Shown piece after piece: positions 31,136 through 41,458 of a DNA stretch of 64,000 bases. Each line of letters starts with the position of its first letter. Positions within the stretch are counted from its first letter, which is position 1. The position numbers were made by a program, and so were the translations under genes. The stretch is from an uncultured delta proteobacterium (GTDB lineage Bacteria; Desulfobacterota; Desulfobacteria; Desulfobacterales; B30-G6). The notes below the pieces were generated by a model. The model did not search any database, had not been told where the DNA came from, and saw only the letters and a list, made by a program, of their open reading frames with translations. The stretch spans positions 160,001-224,000 of the forward strand of contig CAWGLD010000004.1 in NCBI GenBank assembly GCA_963823335.1, given 5' to 3'.

Positions 31136-31618
31136 TTAGTAAAGGATATCCATTTCTTCTCTGTGTCCGAATCCTGATGAATTATCGAGATAATATATCC
31201 TTAGCGGCTGAATTTTATAAAATTTCACATTCGATACCTTTTGCGCGATCCCTCTGCCCAGTTTATGCGGAGATGTCAGGAAATCGGCAACATTCGGAAA
31301 TTTCTTAACATACGCTTTAACGATTCGTGCATGTTTTAAAATGCCGCCGATACATTCAACCCGTCCTTCAAGTTGAATCCCCTTTATTTGAAGCCAATTT
31401 GAATAATCTTCATTGATGGTTCCAGAAACCATAGGGTTTTGGATCATATTTCCACCATGCCGGCTGGTTGGATTGCTTAAAAAATAAAGGTTGAATCCTA
31501 TGTTGACATAGAATACCGATGCAGCGTGCGGGATACCTCCCACCGCCGTTGCCAGCGATATCGTGTTGCACGATTCCAGATAGGAAGTAATTTTTTGTGC
31601 CAGTTGCTGGTCTTTCAT
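31136..31618 (-). CDS. Pyridoxamine 5'-phosphate oxidase-like FMN-binding protein
   Basis: SLATAVGGIPHAASVFY, SRHG, IKGIQLEG, DNSSGFG. Confidence 0.8.
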   Translation of the reverse strand: MKDQQLAQKITSYLESCNTISLATAVGGIPHAASVFYVNIGFNLYFLSNPTSRHGGNMIQNPMVSGTINEDYSNWLQIKGIQLEGRVECIGGILKHARIVKAYVKKFPNVADFLTSPHKLGRGIAQKVSNVKFYKIQPLRIYYLDNSSGFGHREEMDILY

Positions 31619-31784
31619 AACCATATTGTAACAAAATAGACCCAAAAAGTATTCTTTTTTTTCATGATTGGCATGCAGTCCCGAGGCGCCAATAGAAAAG
31701 ATGACAAAGCAAAAACGAGATGATATGCTGCGATGGGTGAAGAGTGATCGACCCGGGAACATTTCTTGAAACGGAACCGTTGCA

Positions 31785-33629
31785 ATGGAGGGAAAAAGAA
31801 AGAATATGAGGGAGACAAGCAAATTGTTATTGATCATCCCTATGCTACTGTTGTGCACTATGGGGCTGTGGATTGCAGCCGAAACCGGACTGGCGGCTGC
31901 ACCCGGAGAACAAACACCTTTCCCGCGCAGTCTGGAAAGCTATGGTGATCGGGACATGACCGGTATCGTTGAGATTCTGTGGAACCGTGCCCGGAAAGAA
32001 CCTTTCAACCTGGCAGCCCTGCTGATATTCTTTTGTGCCATTATACACACGTTCCTGGCCAGTAAGTTCATGACTCTGTCACACAAATGGGAACACGAGC
32101 ATCAGGACAAACTGAAGCAAGGGATCGCCGACATGGACTCGGTTCATTACGGGGCTGAGTTGTTTCACTTTCTGGGAGAAGTGGAAGTCATCTTCGGTAT
32201 CTGGGCCCTGGCCCAGCTGGCAGCCATTATAGGCTTTTTCGACTGGAAAACGGCGGTCAATTACATCGCCTACGACGTCAATTTTGTTGAGGCCATGTTC
32301 GTGGTAACGATCATGACCCTGGCTGCCACCCGCCCTATATTGAAGCTGTCCGAAACAATTATGCAGAAGATCGCGGGTCTTCTGGGGGGCAGCCTGACGG
32401 CCTGGTGGTTTACCATCCTCAGTCTGGGTCCGATCCTGGGGTCGCTTATCACCGAACCGGCGGCCATGACCATCTCTGCACTGCTGCTGGGTCGCAAATT
32501 TTTTCACCTGCAGCCCAGCACCGGATTCAAATACGCCACACTGGGTCTGCTTTTTGTCAACATTTCGGTGGGAGGCACCCTGACACACTTTGCCGCACCG
32601 CCGGTGATGATGGTGGCTGCCCCCTGGCAGTGGGACACCCTGCATATGCTTACCCAATTCGGTTGGAAAGCAGTTCTCGGCATACTGCTGGCCAATGGGC
32701 TGTACTTTCTCTTTTTTCGCAAGGAATTGACAGCAATGCAGCATGATTTTTCCGTCGAGGAACTCAAGCACCGCATCCAGACCGAGCTGATCAAACGCAA
32801 AGATCTGAAGGCTCAGTTCGAAAAGATAGGACTGGAATCGTCGAAAATCCTCGCTTTCGAAGAAACGCTTCACCACAAAACAGAGGAAGTCCTGCAGCAC
32901 ATTAAAGTACGCCTGGAAAAAGAGTGCATGCCGCACCTGTTGGGAAAAGGCATCGATGCAGACCTGGTCAAGGAGGCCTTCGACAAACGATTCAAGGAAA
33001 TCGAGCTCCAGAAATTGCGACAGCTTTTTCCTGGTGTACTTCCCGAAGATCAACGACCTTTGTTTGTCGACCCGGAATGGGACAACCGCGACGATCCGGT
33101 GCCCGCCTGGCTGATCGCTGCGCATGTGCTGTTCATGGCCTGGACCATCTTCAACGCCCATTACCCGGGACTGTTTATTCCGGGTCTGCTTTTTTTCCTG
33201 GGTTTTGCCCAGGTCACGGCACCGTTTCAGAATCGCATCGATCTCAAGCCGCCATTGCTGGTGGGTTTTTTCCTGGGCGGGCTGGTGGTACATGGAGGGG
33301 TGCAGGGCTGGTGGATCGAGCCGGTATTAAGCAGGCTAGGCGAAATTCCACTCATGCTGGGGGCCACGATCCTGACCGCCTTCAACGACAACGCTGCCAT
33401 TACGTTTCTCAGCACTTTGGTGCCAACCTTTACGGACAGTCTCAAATACGTAGTGGTTGCCGGTGCCGTAGCCGGCGGCGGGCTCACGGTCATTGCCAAT
33501 GCGCCAAACCCGGCCGGGCAATCACTGCTGAAGAAATATTTTGACGACGCCATCTCCCCGGTGGGGCTGCTCAAGGGCGCCCTTCTGCCGACAGTGGTTG
33601 CTTGGCTGTGTTTTGCGGTTTTTCGTTAA
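31785..33629 (+). CDS. Putative Na+/H+ antiporter (DUF1504-type membrane protein)
   Basis: LGEVEVIFGIW, ITEPAAMT, NISVGGTLT, GGGLTVIANAPNPAG; soluble insert in the middle. Confidence 0.85.
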   Translation: MEGKRKNMRETSKLLLIIPMLLLCTMGLWIAAETGLAAAPGEQTPFPRSLESYGDRDMTGIVEILWNRARKEPFNLAALLIFFCAIIHTFLASKFMTLSHKWEHEHQDKLKQGIADMDSVHYGAELFHFLGEVEVIFGIWALAQLAAIIGFFDWKTAVNYIAYDVNFVEAMFVVTIMTLAATRPILKLSETIMQKIAGLLGGSLTAWWFTILSLGPILGSLITEPAAMTISALLLGRKFFHLQPSTGFKYATLGLLFVNISVGGTLTHFAAPPVMMVAAPWQWDTLHMLTQFGWKAVLGILLANGLYFLFFRKELTAMQHDFSVEELKHRIQTELIKRKDLKAQFEKIGLESSKILAFEETLHHKTEEVLQHIKVRLEKECMPHLLGKGIDADLVKEAFDKRFKEIELQKLRQLFPGVLPEDQRPLFVDPEWDNRDDPVPAWLIAAHVLFMAWTIFNAHYPGLFIPGLLFFLGFAQVTAPFQNRIDLKPPLLVGFFLGGLVVHGGVQGWWIEPVLSRLGEIPLMLGATILTAFNDNAAITFLSTLVPTFTDSLKYVVVAGAVAGGGLTVIANAPNPAGQSLLKKYFDDAISPVGLLKGALLPTVVAWLCFAVFR

Positions 33630-34046
33630 TCAGGGCCACCCACAAATGGTCTTTTCAGGCCCTGCCTGTGTTGGACGGCATGATTTAACCCTATAGTTGC
33701 ATAAACAACATGGCAAAAAATAGATAATTAGTTGTTGTTATCGGAACTCTCAGTTCCGATATAGCGTCGTAGAACACTTTTATCGAACGCGACATTGTCG
33801 CTCCATAATGAAAAACAAAAAATCCTATCCTCACAGCAAGTAGCAGGAAACACACTCGCTGTTGCGGTTCAAATTTTAAGATGTTCTCGAGACAATCACC
33901 TGTAACTGGTTTATCCTGAAGACCGGTGTGGAAGAGCATTCCTTGGCATGCATTATGCAGATCCAAACTGCCGGAGATGTCGTCCATATGTCCTGAATAT
34001 GAAATAAAACCTTCTAAACGGGTTTTGCCGAATCTGTCTGGATACC

Positions 34047-34778
34047 ATGAGAAAACATGAGAAACTGACCATGACTGCAACAAACCAGATCCGGCCACAC
34101 AACAGCCCATGCTCACTGAGACCTTTAGCGGGGCCTATCCTGATTTTGATCATGGTGCTCATTGTTGTACCTGGCGGACATGCATCCGACGATCGGTTTT
34201 CCATGCAGATACAGGACAAAACGCTCGCTGAGGTATTTCAAGACCTGACACGGATATCCGGGCGATCAATTTCATTCGACAAGGAATGGACAGATCAGCC
34301 GATTAACGTCCGCTTTGTCAATCTCACCCTGGAAATGGCGATAACCAAAATACTAACAAACCTCAACCATGTAGTCATTTTTGAACAGGACAACATCCAG
34401 GTCAAGATTTACGGTGTCGCTAGCCCTGAAAAGGATATTAACCGGGCTTCGGCAGTAAATCCGATTCCAAACAGAACCACGACGAATCGCAATGCCAGGC
34501 CCTTGGCAAGGCCCTTTCCGTTAAATACCGGGCAAAAAGATGAGATTGAGGAGGAAACAGAGTTCCAAGAAATCTCGGACCCGGATACCTCTGAAACTGA
34601 AGATGGGGAAGATACGGAAAACATGAACGAAGAAAAGCCGCCCGAGGAGCAGGAAGCAGAAGATACGGAAAACACGAACGAAGAAAAGATACCCGAAGAG
34701 CAGGAAGGAGCAGACGAAAACGAAACAACATCTCCGGAAAGTGACAAAGACACCGAAAGCAGTACTGCAAATGATTGA
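34047..34778 (+). CDS. Exported hypothetical protein, secretin/TonB short N-terminal-like domain plus acidic tail
   Basis: Signal peptide, LAEVFQDLTRISG...LEMAITKIL; Glu/Asp-rich C-terminus. Confidence 0.65.
   Translation: MRKHEKLTMTATNQIRPHNSPCSLRPLAGPILILIMVLIVVPGGHASDDRFSMQIQDKTLAEVFQDLTRISGRSISFDKEWTDQPINVRFVNLTLEMAITKILTNLNHVVIFEQDNIQVKIYGVASPEKDINRASAVNPIPNRTTTNRNARPLARPFPLNTGQKDEIEEETEFQEISDPDTSETEDGEDTENMNEEKPPEEQEAEDTENTNEEKIPEEQEGADENETTSPESDKDTESSTAND
34608..34709 (+). repeat. Intragenic 51-bp tandem duplication (17 aa x2)
   Basis: EDTENMNEEKPPEEQEA / EDTENTNEEKIPEEQEG. Confidence 0.85.
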
Positions 34779-34821
34779 GCATGTGCGCGTTAAAAAACTT
34801 TCGAACGTGCCGGTGTCATCC

Positions 34822-35181
34822 CTATCCGGTGAGCTTTTCCCTGTTCTCCAGAGCAATTTTGCACTTGATACAGTGGCGGGCCACCGGGCGTGCCTCTAAT
34901 CGTTTGATCGAGATCCCGTTCCCGCATATTTCACAAATCCCGTACTCACCGTTTTCAATATTCCACAGTGACTGTCTAATCTTACGAATGAGGGTACTTT
35001 CACGACTCCGGATCCGAAGACGATATTCCCGCTGATACTCGGCATTGGCCTGATCGAGAAGATCTGCAGGAACTTCCTCATTTTTCCGCAATTCGACCAC
35101 AGTATCATCTGCCTGATGGAGCAGATCCTCGAGCCAGGATTCTAAAATATTTTGAAAATATAAACGTTTTTTTTCATCCAT
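34822..35181 (-). CDS. dksA: DksA/TraR C4 zinc-finger protein
   Basis: DLLDQA coiled-coil tip, YGICEICG...RLEARPVARHCIKC. Confidence 0.85.
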   Translation of the reverse strand: MDEKKRLYFQNILESWLEDLLHQADDTVVELRKNEEVPADLLDQANAEYQREYRLRIRSRESTLIRKIRQSLWNIENGEYGICEICGNGISIKRLEARPVARHCIKCKIALENREKLTG

Positions 35182-35185
35182 CCCA

Positions 35186-35353
35186 TCACCTGTCTGCATT
35201 GTCATCAAAAAAACTCTCTCCCGGGTCCAAAGCATCCTCATTAGCAAGCAATTCCAGAGATACCGAATCTTCCCAGTCCTCATGCAGCACCAGATCATCA
35301 AATTCGGGATCAATTAAAAATTTTGATAGATATTCCATATCGCTATAACGCAT
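35186..35353 (-). CDS. Small acidic protein (55 aa), not in the ORF track
   Basis: MRYSDMEYLSKFLIDPEFDDLVLHEDWEDSVSLELLANEDALDPGESFFDDNADR; AAGGGGG RBS; fills the gap between zinc-ribbon gene and dksA. Confidence 0.6.
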   Translation of the reverse strand: MRYSDMEYLSKFLIDPEFDDLVLHEDWEDSVSLELLANEDALDPGESFFDDNADR

Positions 35354-35362
35354 AATACCCCC

Positions 35363-35578
35363 TTACCATTCTTCATTCCTATGTTTTGACAATGAATCTC
35401 GCTTTCTATTGGCATAATGACGGTCTTCTGACGAATCCATATTCCTGCTCTTATGTTTTCTGCATGACGGACAACGCTTGGGTATGTCATATCCCCGGTC
35501 CTCATATTTTTTCTGTTCCAATACACTAAATTCAAATTCCTCTTCACACTGGATACATACCATCAGTAAATCTTCCAT
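35363..35578 (-). CDS. Zinc-ribbon domain protein
   Basis: CIQCEEEFEFSVLEQKKYEDRGYDIPKRCPSCR. Confidence 0.8.
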   Translation of the reverse strand: MEDLLMVCIQCEEEFEFSVLEQKKYEDRGYDIPKRCPSCRKHKSRNMDSSEDRHYANRKRDSLSKHRNEEW

Positions 35579-35806
35579 CTGATTTCTTTCACCTTGATTC
35601 CATGTTTCGGAATAATCTGGCTTCATATTCATAGGCTGGATCCTTTTTGGGGGTTGTACGCTTACGCATTCCTTGACAATTTGATCAAAATAACAATGCC
35701 TTTAATGGCGGAAAACGTTTTCCGGAACCGTCAATTCCGCTTTTCACACGTCATTTACTTCGAATCGGAACCATCAATTCCGATTCAAGGCAAATGAGTA
35801 CACTTT

Positions 35807-36055
35807 TCAATGTGCCTGCTTGATAACATCCTGAACATGGATATATGTGACCGTTCCCCATTGCTCAAGCACTCCGGTAACCATAATTTCCTTTCTCAAA
35901 TATGTGGCTATCATATCACTAACATCTTGATTTGATATAATATATTCCTTTTCATTCGCTGATGCGATCTTCAGCGAGGTAATGTTGCCCATTTCATCCC
36001 AATTGGATGGGATCAAAATGCCTTTCAATGAAATTTTTGGTTGTTCTGTGGTCAA
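35807..36055 (-). CDS. Small hypothetical protein (OB-fold-like)
   Basis: 82-aa ORF (GILIPSNWDEMGNI) directly downstream of the sigma-54 promoter. Confidence 0.6.
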   Translation of the reverse strand: MTTEQPKISLKGILIPSNWDEMGNITSLKIASANEKEYIISNQDVSDMIATYLRKEIMVTGVLEQWGTVTYIHVQDVIKQAH

Positions 36056-36102
36056 TGTTCATGGCCTGTACTGGGTTTCGTTCAAACCTCATCAGCGGAT
36101 AT

Positions 36103-36118
36103 AGCAACTCTTATGCCA
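36103..36118 (-). promoter_or_regulatory. Sigma-54 (-24/-12) promoter
   Basis: - strand TGGCATAAGAGTTGCT fits TGGCAC-N5-TTGCW; adjacent to a bEBP gene. Confidence 0.75.
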
Positions 36119-36153
36119 GAAATTCGATATAGGTCGTGCCACTGCAAGATGGG

Positions 36154-36228
36154 TTGAAGAACCTCGCAGCATGCGAAGCACTGCCGGACGGCAGAACCTA
36201 CGAGGAATGCGCTCGCTGTTGCGGTTCA
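36154..36228 (+). repeat. REP-like family R3
   Basis: TTGAAGAACCTCGCAGCATGCGAAGCACTGCCGGACGGCAGAACCTACGAGGAATGCGCTCGC...GCGGTTCA. Confidence 0.8.
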
Positions 36229-36258
36229 ATTGTGTTCCGTCGACAAAGACACCTAACT

Positions 36259-37656
36259 TTATTTGAATTCTTCTTTAGATATGTTGTAACGATTCATGAG
36301 TTTGTTCAATTGTCGCGGGCTGATACCGGCCATTTGAGCCGAAGCACTTATTTTACCCTGGTTTCGCATTAGAAGTTTGCGGAGGTAGCTTCGCTCGATA
36401 GTCTCGATCCCTCGCCGGCGTGTTTCCGCCAAGGGCTGAAATGTGGTATTAACCGGTGTATTGATTCCGGAATCATTCTCGAAAAGCTCACTGGGAAAAC
36501 TGTCTACCGTCAAAATCGATGACGTTTCTATAATGTAAGCTCTTTCAATTAAATTTTCCATTTCACGGATATTACCGGGCCAGGTGTATTGCTCAAAAGC
36601 CTCGATTACCCGCTGATCGATATCATGGATCTCCTTGGATTCAAATTTATTGAGCCGGCTCAGAATCGAATTGCAAATTTGAGGCAAATCCTCCAGCCGT
36701 TCCCTGAGAGGTGGTATCTGAATGGGAAACACATTGAGACGATAATACAGATCCTTTCTGAATTCTCCCGTATCACACATCTTCAACAGGTCGGAATTGG
36801 TAGCTGCTATCACACGCACATTGGCTGTTAGGATTTCTTCTCCGCCGACCCGCTGGAAGGTACCGTCTTGAAGAATCTGCAGAAGCTTGACCTGCGCCGG
36901 TGCCAAAATCGTTCCAATTTCATCCAGAAAGATCGTTCCGCCAGCGGCAATTTCAAATCGACCCAGTTTCTTTCTGACGGAACCGGTAAAAGCACCTTTC
37001 TCATGGCCGTATAACTCGCTTTCCAGAAGTGTTTCCGGTATTGCCCCGCAATGCACGCTGATAAAGGGATCATCCCTGCGGTTGCTGTGCTGGTGAATCA
37101 GTCTCGCCATCAGGGTTTTGCCGGTACCGGTTTCGCCCATCAATAACACCGTGCTTTTGGTGGGAGCCACCGAACGAATCTGATCGAATACCTTCTGCAT
37201 GTGCGAATTGTTTGTCCGCACAACATCCAGAGAATCAACACGCCAGAATTTGTCCCGAAGATAGTCAAGCTCCGATGCAATGATAATGGAGTCCCGTATA
37301 TTTTCCGATACAAGCTTGACTTCCGCTTCGTCCACCGGATAGGTCAAATAGTTTCGAGCGCCTGCCTTAACGACCATGACGGTTTGTCGCATATCCGTAG
37401 GGGACGTCAGTACAATGATTTCAATGGCAGGGCTCAACTCCCAGATGGGCAGCAAAGCGGTTTTTAAATGAGGGCCGCATAAATTCCCCAGCAGGATATC
37501 CTGGTCGATAAAAAGATATTCGTAACGCGCTGTTTTAAGAAAACGAAGCGCATTTTCCTTTGAGGAAGCACTGTCAACCCGGTAGTCTTTTGCAAAACAA
37601 CGGCCAATGCTTTGGATGGCATCCTGCTCCGTGGAGACAACCAGAACGGCTTTCAT
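36259..37656 (-). CDS. NtrC-family sigma-54-dependent response regulator
   Basis: GETGTGKT, ESELYGHEKGAFTGS, FLDEIG, FRKDLYYRLNV, WPGNIRE, C-terminal HTH. Confidence 0.93.
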   Translation of the reverse strand: MKAVLVVSTEQDAIQSIGRCFAKDYRVDSASSKENALRFLKTARYEYLFIDQDILLGNLCGPHLKTALLPIWELSPAIEIIVLTSPTDMRQTVMVVKAGARNYLTYPVDEAEVKLVSENIRDSIIIASELDYLRDKFWRVDSLDVVRTNNSHMQKVFDQIRSVAPTKSTVLLMGETGTGKTLMARLIHQHSNRRDDPFISVHCGAIPETLLESELYGHEKGAFTGSVRKKLGRFEIAAGGTIFLDEIGTILAPAQVKLLQILQDGTFQRVGGEEILTANVRVIAATNSDLLKMCDTGEFRKDLYYRLNVFPIQIPPLRERLEDLPQICNSILSRLNKFESKEIHDIDQRVIEAFEQYTWPGNIREMENLIERAYIIETSSILTVDSFPSELFENDSGINTPVNTTFQPLAETRRRGIETIERSYLRKLLMRNQGKISASAQMAGISPRQLNKLMNRYNISKEEFK

Positions 37657-37736
37657 GCGCGCACCCTTTGGGTTTGTCTACGACGATTCGTCACAAGCAA
37701 TGTCACGCCATCGCCTTTTAGTGTCCTGCATTAAGT

Positions 37737-38999
37737 TTACAGGTACATTCTATTGAAAACATTCCAAAATTCGGGAAATGACTTCTCCACACAAGATTCG
37801 TCTCTGATGTAAATACCCGGAATTTTAAGTCCTGCGATTGCAAAACTCATGGCAATCCTGTGGTCTTTGTAGGTATCGATCTCGCCGCCATGGGACCAGC
37901 CCCCCTTTACGAGCAGATCCGTATCCGTCCATACCGCTTCTACACCCAGCTTGGACAACTCACTGATAACCGCATCAATACGATCACACTCTTTGGCCTT
38001 GAGATGCGCCACATTCTTTATAACCGTAGTCCCTTCGGCAAATGCGGCCACAACTGCGAGTGTCGGAACCATATCCGGCATATCCTGCATATCGACATCG
38101 ATTGCTGAAAGCGTCCCTCCGGTGACAGCGATACCGTCATCCTGCTTGTGAAGAACACAGCCCATTCTGCCAAGTGTATCGGCAAAACGAACATCCCCTT
38201 GCCGGGAGCTATCTCTGACCCCCATTACCTTGACAGTCGAACCGGTAACCGCGGCCGCGGCCCAGAAATAACCGGCCTGGGAACTGTCCGGCTCCACCGA
38301 ATACCGCCCGGATTTATAAATCTGACCACCTTCGACCATAAACCTGTCATAACCGTCGGATTCCGCCCTGACATTGAATTTGCCCATGACATCGATCGTC
38401 ATGTCTATGTATGGCTTTGAAACAGGTCCCTCGGTAATTTGTATTTCAAGCGTTTTTTCAGAGAAAGGCGCCACTAAAAGCAGCGCTGAAAGATACTGGC
38501 TGCTCATTTTACAGTTCAATTGAATGGTTCCGCCTTTTATACGAGACCCTTTAATTTCGATTGGAGGACACCCGTTGCCTTTAACGGAATAGGCCGGGAT
38601 TCCCATCTGATTCATACTATCCAGCAAGTCCTGGATTGGCCGTTGATGCATTCTTTCTGAACCAACAAGGGTATAGGCACCCTTCCCCAAGGAGACTATC
38701 GGCGTAAGCAAGCGCATGGAGGTACCGGAATTTCCCAGAAAAATCGGTTCTGTCAATGCCTGAAAAGTTCCTTTTGATCCATGTACTTCGATAACGTCTC
38801 CTGAATCGTCAATTTGTATTCCCAGCTTCATCAGCGTTTTCTGGGTCAACAGGGTGTCTTCACTTCTCAAGCAGTTATTCAGTACGCAGACCCCGTCAGA
38901 CAAAGCCGCGGCAATAAGCATCCTATGGGTATAGCTTTTTGACCCGGGAACGTTTATCTCAATATTATTTTTGATCTCTGCAGGTTTAACTTCAATCAT
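37737..38999 (-). CDS. aroA: 3-phosphoshikimate 1-carboxyvinyltransferase
   Basis: PGSKSYTHR, GNSGTSMR, SSQYLSAL, KECDRI, DHRIAM, KSFPEF. Confidence 0.96.
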   Translation of the reverse strand: MIEVKPAEIKNNIEINVPGSKSYTHRMLIAAALSDGVCVLNNCLRSEDTLLTQKTLMKLGIQIDDSGDVIEVHGSKGTFQALTEPIFLGNSGTSMRLLTPIVSLGKGAYTLVGSERMHQRPIQDLLDSMNQMGIPAYSVKGNGCPPIEIKGSRIKGGTIQLNCKMSSQYLSALLLVAPFSEKTLEIQITEGPVSKPYIDMTIDVMGKFNVRAESDGYDRFMVEGGQIYKSGRYSVEPDSSQAGYFWAAAAVTGSTVKVMGVRDSSRQGDVRFADTLGRMGCVLHKQDDGIAVTGGTLSAIDVDMQDMPDMVPTLAVVAAFAEGTTVIKNVAHLKAKECDRIDAVISELSKLGVEAVWTDTDLLVKGGWSHGGEIDTYKDHRIAMSFAIAGLKIPGIYIRDESCVEKSFPEFWNVFNRMYL

Positions 39000-39707
39000 T
39001 TCTTTTGTCTTTCTCCAACCCGTAGCTGACGCCCTTCAACACCGTTTAAAAGTGCTTATGCCGAAATTTTGGTTCCAAGTCCAGATATTTATCTTTGATG
39101 GTCATTATTTTTTCGGCATTTTCAATATCGGCCCCAGAAAAATGAACCGTAACAGCGAGTGGATGCACAGGGATGTATGTGTCCCTGCCAGGACACGGAT
39201 CTGTTTCTACGCACCATAAAGTCGATGTCGTCAAAGAATTCGTGCCCGGGTGGAAAGTCCGTCTTTTCAAATTTCAATGCTCGGATTGGGCAGGAACGAC
39301 TTGTGTGCGGTTGTCTGACATGAGGTCTTTCGTCCAAATAAAGTCAGATCTGTCGTTTTACCGGTTATAGCCAGATCAGCTCTTAATTTTTGCCGTAATT
39401 ACCTATAAAGGATCACTGAGCTTGTCAATAACATAAAGACCTCAACTTATGCAGGTGTTTTAAGATAGACCCGTCATGACAGGTGTTGATTGCATGCCTT
39501 CCCCTGACAAGCAGCTCAGACAAAAAGAATAATATTTTCTTGGAGCCTCACAAACCTGCATCTGGTAAGCATCTACGAATAGACATGCCTTTACATGGTC
39601 TAAAACTATGCACTATTTCGCGGCCTCCTCTTGACTTTGTTGAATACTTTTATTACACAAAGAGTACTTTCTATCCTTCAGCTCTGAACTCTTTATAAAT
39701 TTAAATC

Positions 39708-40574
39708 ATGCATAAATATTCATGGAAACCTTGGGTGTTGCTGGCACCAGCGATCAGTTCAGTATTTTTTTTACTGGTCATCCCTGTGTGTTTCATCGTT
39801 GTCTACAGTTTCTGGCTTCGATCTCCCACCGGAGCAGATATTGCAGCATTTCAGTTTGGCAATTACAGTAAGTTTTTTGCGGATTTGTTCTACCCAGCCA
39901 TTATGCTTCGAACCATACGCGTTTCCCTGGAAACCGTTGTGCTGTGCCTTGTCATGGGATATATTCCGGCATATTTCTTCTACAGAAGCACCACCCGATT
40001 CAAATCACTCCTTTTGCTGCTGATCATGCTGCCTTTCTGGATCAGCTTTATTATCCGGACAATGAGCTGGATCAATATCCTTGGTGACACCGGTCTTATC
40101 AATCACTACCTGATCAAATTCGGCGTATTGTCCGAACCTATCAGTATGCTTTACAATGAAGGATCGGTTTTGATGGGGCTGATTCAGTATCTCTTGCCAT
40201 TTATGATTTTGAATATTTATGTCAGTCTTGAAGGAATTGACAAGAGTCTTCTGGAAGCTGCTAGAAGCATGGGTTGTACCGAGTGGCAAGCTTTCAAGGA
40301 AGTAACCCTGCCCCTGAGTCTTCCCGGCGTCAGTGCGGGCTGTCTTTTGGTCTTCGTTCTGACCGCCGGCACGTATTTACCGCCTATGATTCTGGGCGGC
40401 CCAAGAAATGAAATGATTTCCAACCTGATTTTCAAGCGGGTGATCGGTACCCTAGACTGGCCCTTTGGATCCGCCATCAGCGTCATATTACTCGGGTTGT
40501 TATTGGTTATCGTTTGGACCTATAACCGGTATCTGGGAATCAACCAGGTATTCAAGAGTTTACAGGGAGAATAA
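39708..40574 (+). CDS. Polyamine/opine-type ABC transporter permease (PotB-like)
   Basis: LPFWISFIIR, EAARSMG EAA loop, DWPFGSA. Confidence 0.88.
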   Translation: MHKYSWKPWVLLAPAISSVFFLLVIPVCFIVVYSFWLRSPTGADIAAFQFGNYSKFFADLFYPAIMLRTIRVSLETVVLCLVMGYIPAYFFYRSTTRFKSLLLLLIMLPFWISFIIRTMSWINILGDTGLINHYLIKFGVLSEPISMLYNEGSVLMGLIQYLLPFMILNIYVSLEGIDKSLLEAARSMGCTEWQAFKEVTLPLSLPGVSAGCLLVFVLTAGTYLPPMILGGPRNEMISNLIFKRVIGTLDWPFGSAISVILLGLLLVIVWTYNRYLGINQVFKSLQGE

Positions 40575-40578
40575 CGGC

Positions 40579-41370
40579 ATGCGAAAAATTTCCGGCTGGT
40601 CACTCATTCGCCTGTATACAATTTTGGTTTATGTATTTATGTTTGCTCCCATTGTGGTGGTGGTGGTGCTTTCTTTCAATCCTGAACAGTTCGGTTCCTT
40701 CCCCATGAAAGGCTTCAGTCTCAGGTGGTTCGTCAAACTGGCCCACAACCAGACCATATTGATTGCCTTTAAAAATTCCTTGATACTGGGTTCTTTTACG
40801 GCGGTGGTTTCAACGACATTCGGCATCTTGGCATCTCTGGCATTCGTACGGTATAATTTTCCGGGCAAAAACACCATCAACACCTTGCTGTTGGCGCCCA
40901 TCATGATACCCGAAGTCATCCTGGGCGTGGCGCTGCTGCTTTTTATACGATGGCTCCAGCAACCCAAGAGTTTCGCACTTCTGGTCATCGGCCATGTGGT
41001 ACTCACCCTGCCCTATGTGCTCCTGATTGTCCAAGCCAGATTAGGTGGTATCAAGAAAGAATACGAGGAAGCCGCGCAATCATTGGGAGCCAATCCGATT
41101 CAAGCATTCAAGGAGGTCACCCTTCCCTTGTTGATGCCGGCCATCTTAGCAGGGATGCTGTTTTCTTTCACCATCTCCTTTGACGACATTACCGCCACAC
41201 TATTCTGGGCTACCGCCCAGAACCAGACCGTTCCGGTCAAGATATTCGGCATGTTGCGCAATTCCATCAGCCCGGAAATCAATGCCCTGGGAACGGTCAT
41301 GATTGTATTAACCATTGCGACACCGCTGCTGGCAGGCTATCTGTCCAGAAAGCTTTCAAAAGGTTCTTAA
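40579..41370 (+). CDS. Polyamine/opine-type ABC transporter permease (PotC-like)
   Basis: GFSLRWF, EEAAQSLGA, FTISFDD, ISPEINAL. Confidence 0.88.
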   Translation: MRKISGWSLIRLYTILVYVFMFAPIVVVVVLSFNPEQFGSFPMKGFSLRWFVKLAHNQTILIAFKNSLILGSFTAVVSTTFGILASLAFVRYNFPGKNTINTLLLAPIMIPEVILGVALLLFIRWLQQPKSFALLVIGHVVLTLPYVLLIVQARLGGIKKEYEEAAQSLGANPIQAFKEVTLPLLMPAILAGMLFSFTISFDDITATLFWATAQNQTVPVKIFGMLRNSISPEINALGTVMIVLTIATPLLAGYLSRKLSKGS

Positions 41371-41458
41371 TCTAATTTGACTTTTCCCGGCCTGCCCTGA
41401 CAAACCCGTTTTTCAACCGGCAGCGGGAAATGATCAAATTTCAAATGAAAGGAGACAC

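Noticed and set aside
32079-33293. Long antisense ORFs (also 17342-18295, 52528-53373, 48340-49059 and others)
   Set aside because: Shadows of well-supported genes on the opposite strand
39046-39370. Overlapping short ORFs upstream of aroA as a frameshifted gene
   Set aside because: No recognisable family; cannot be supported without a search
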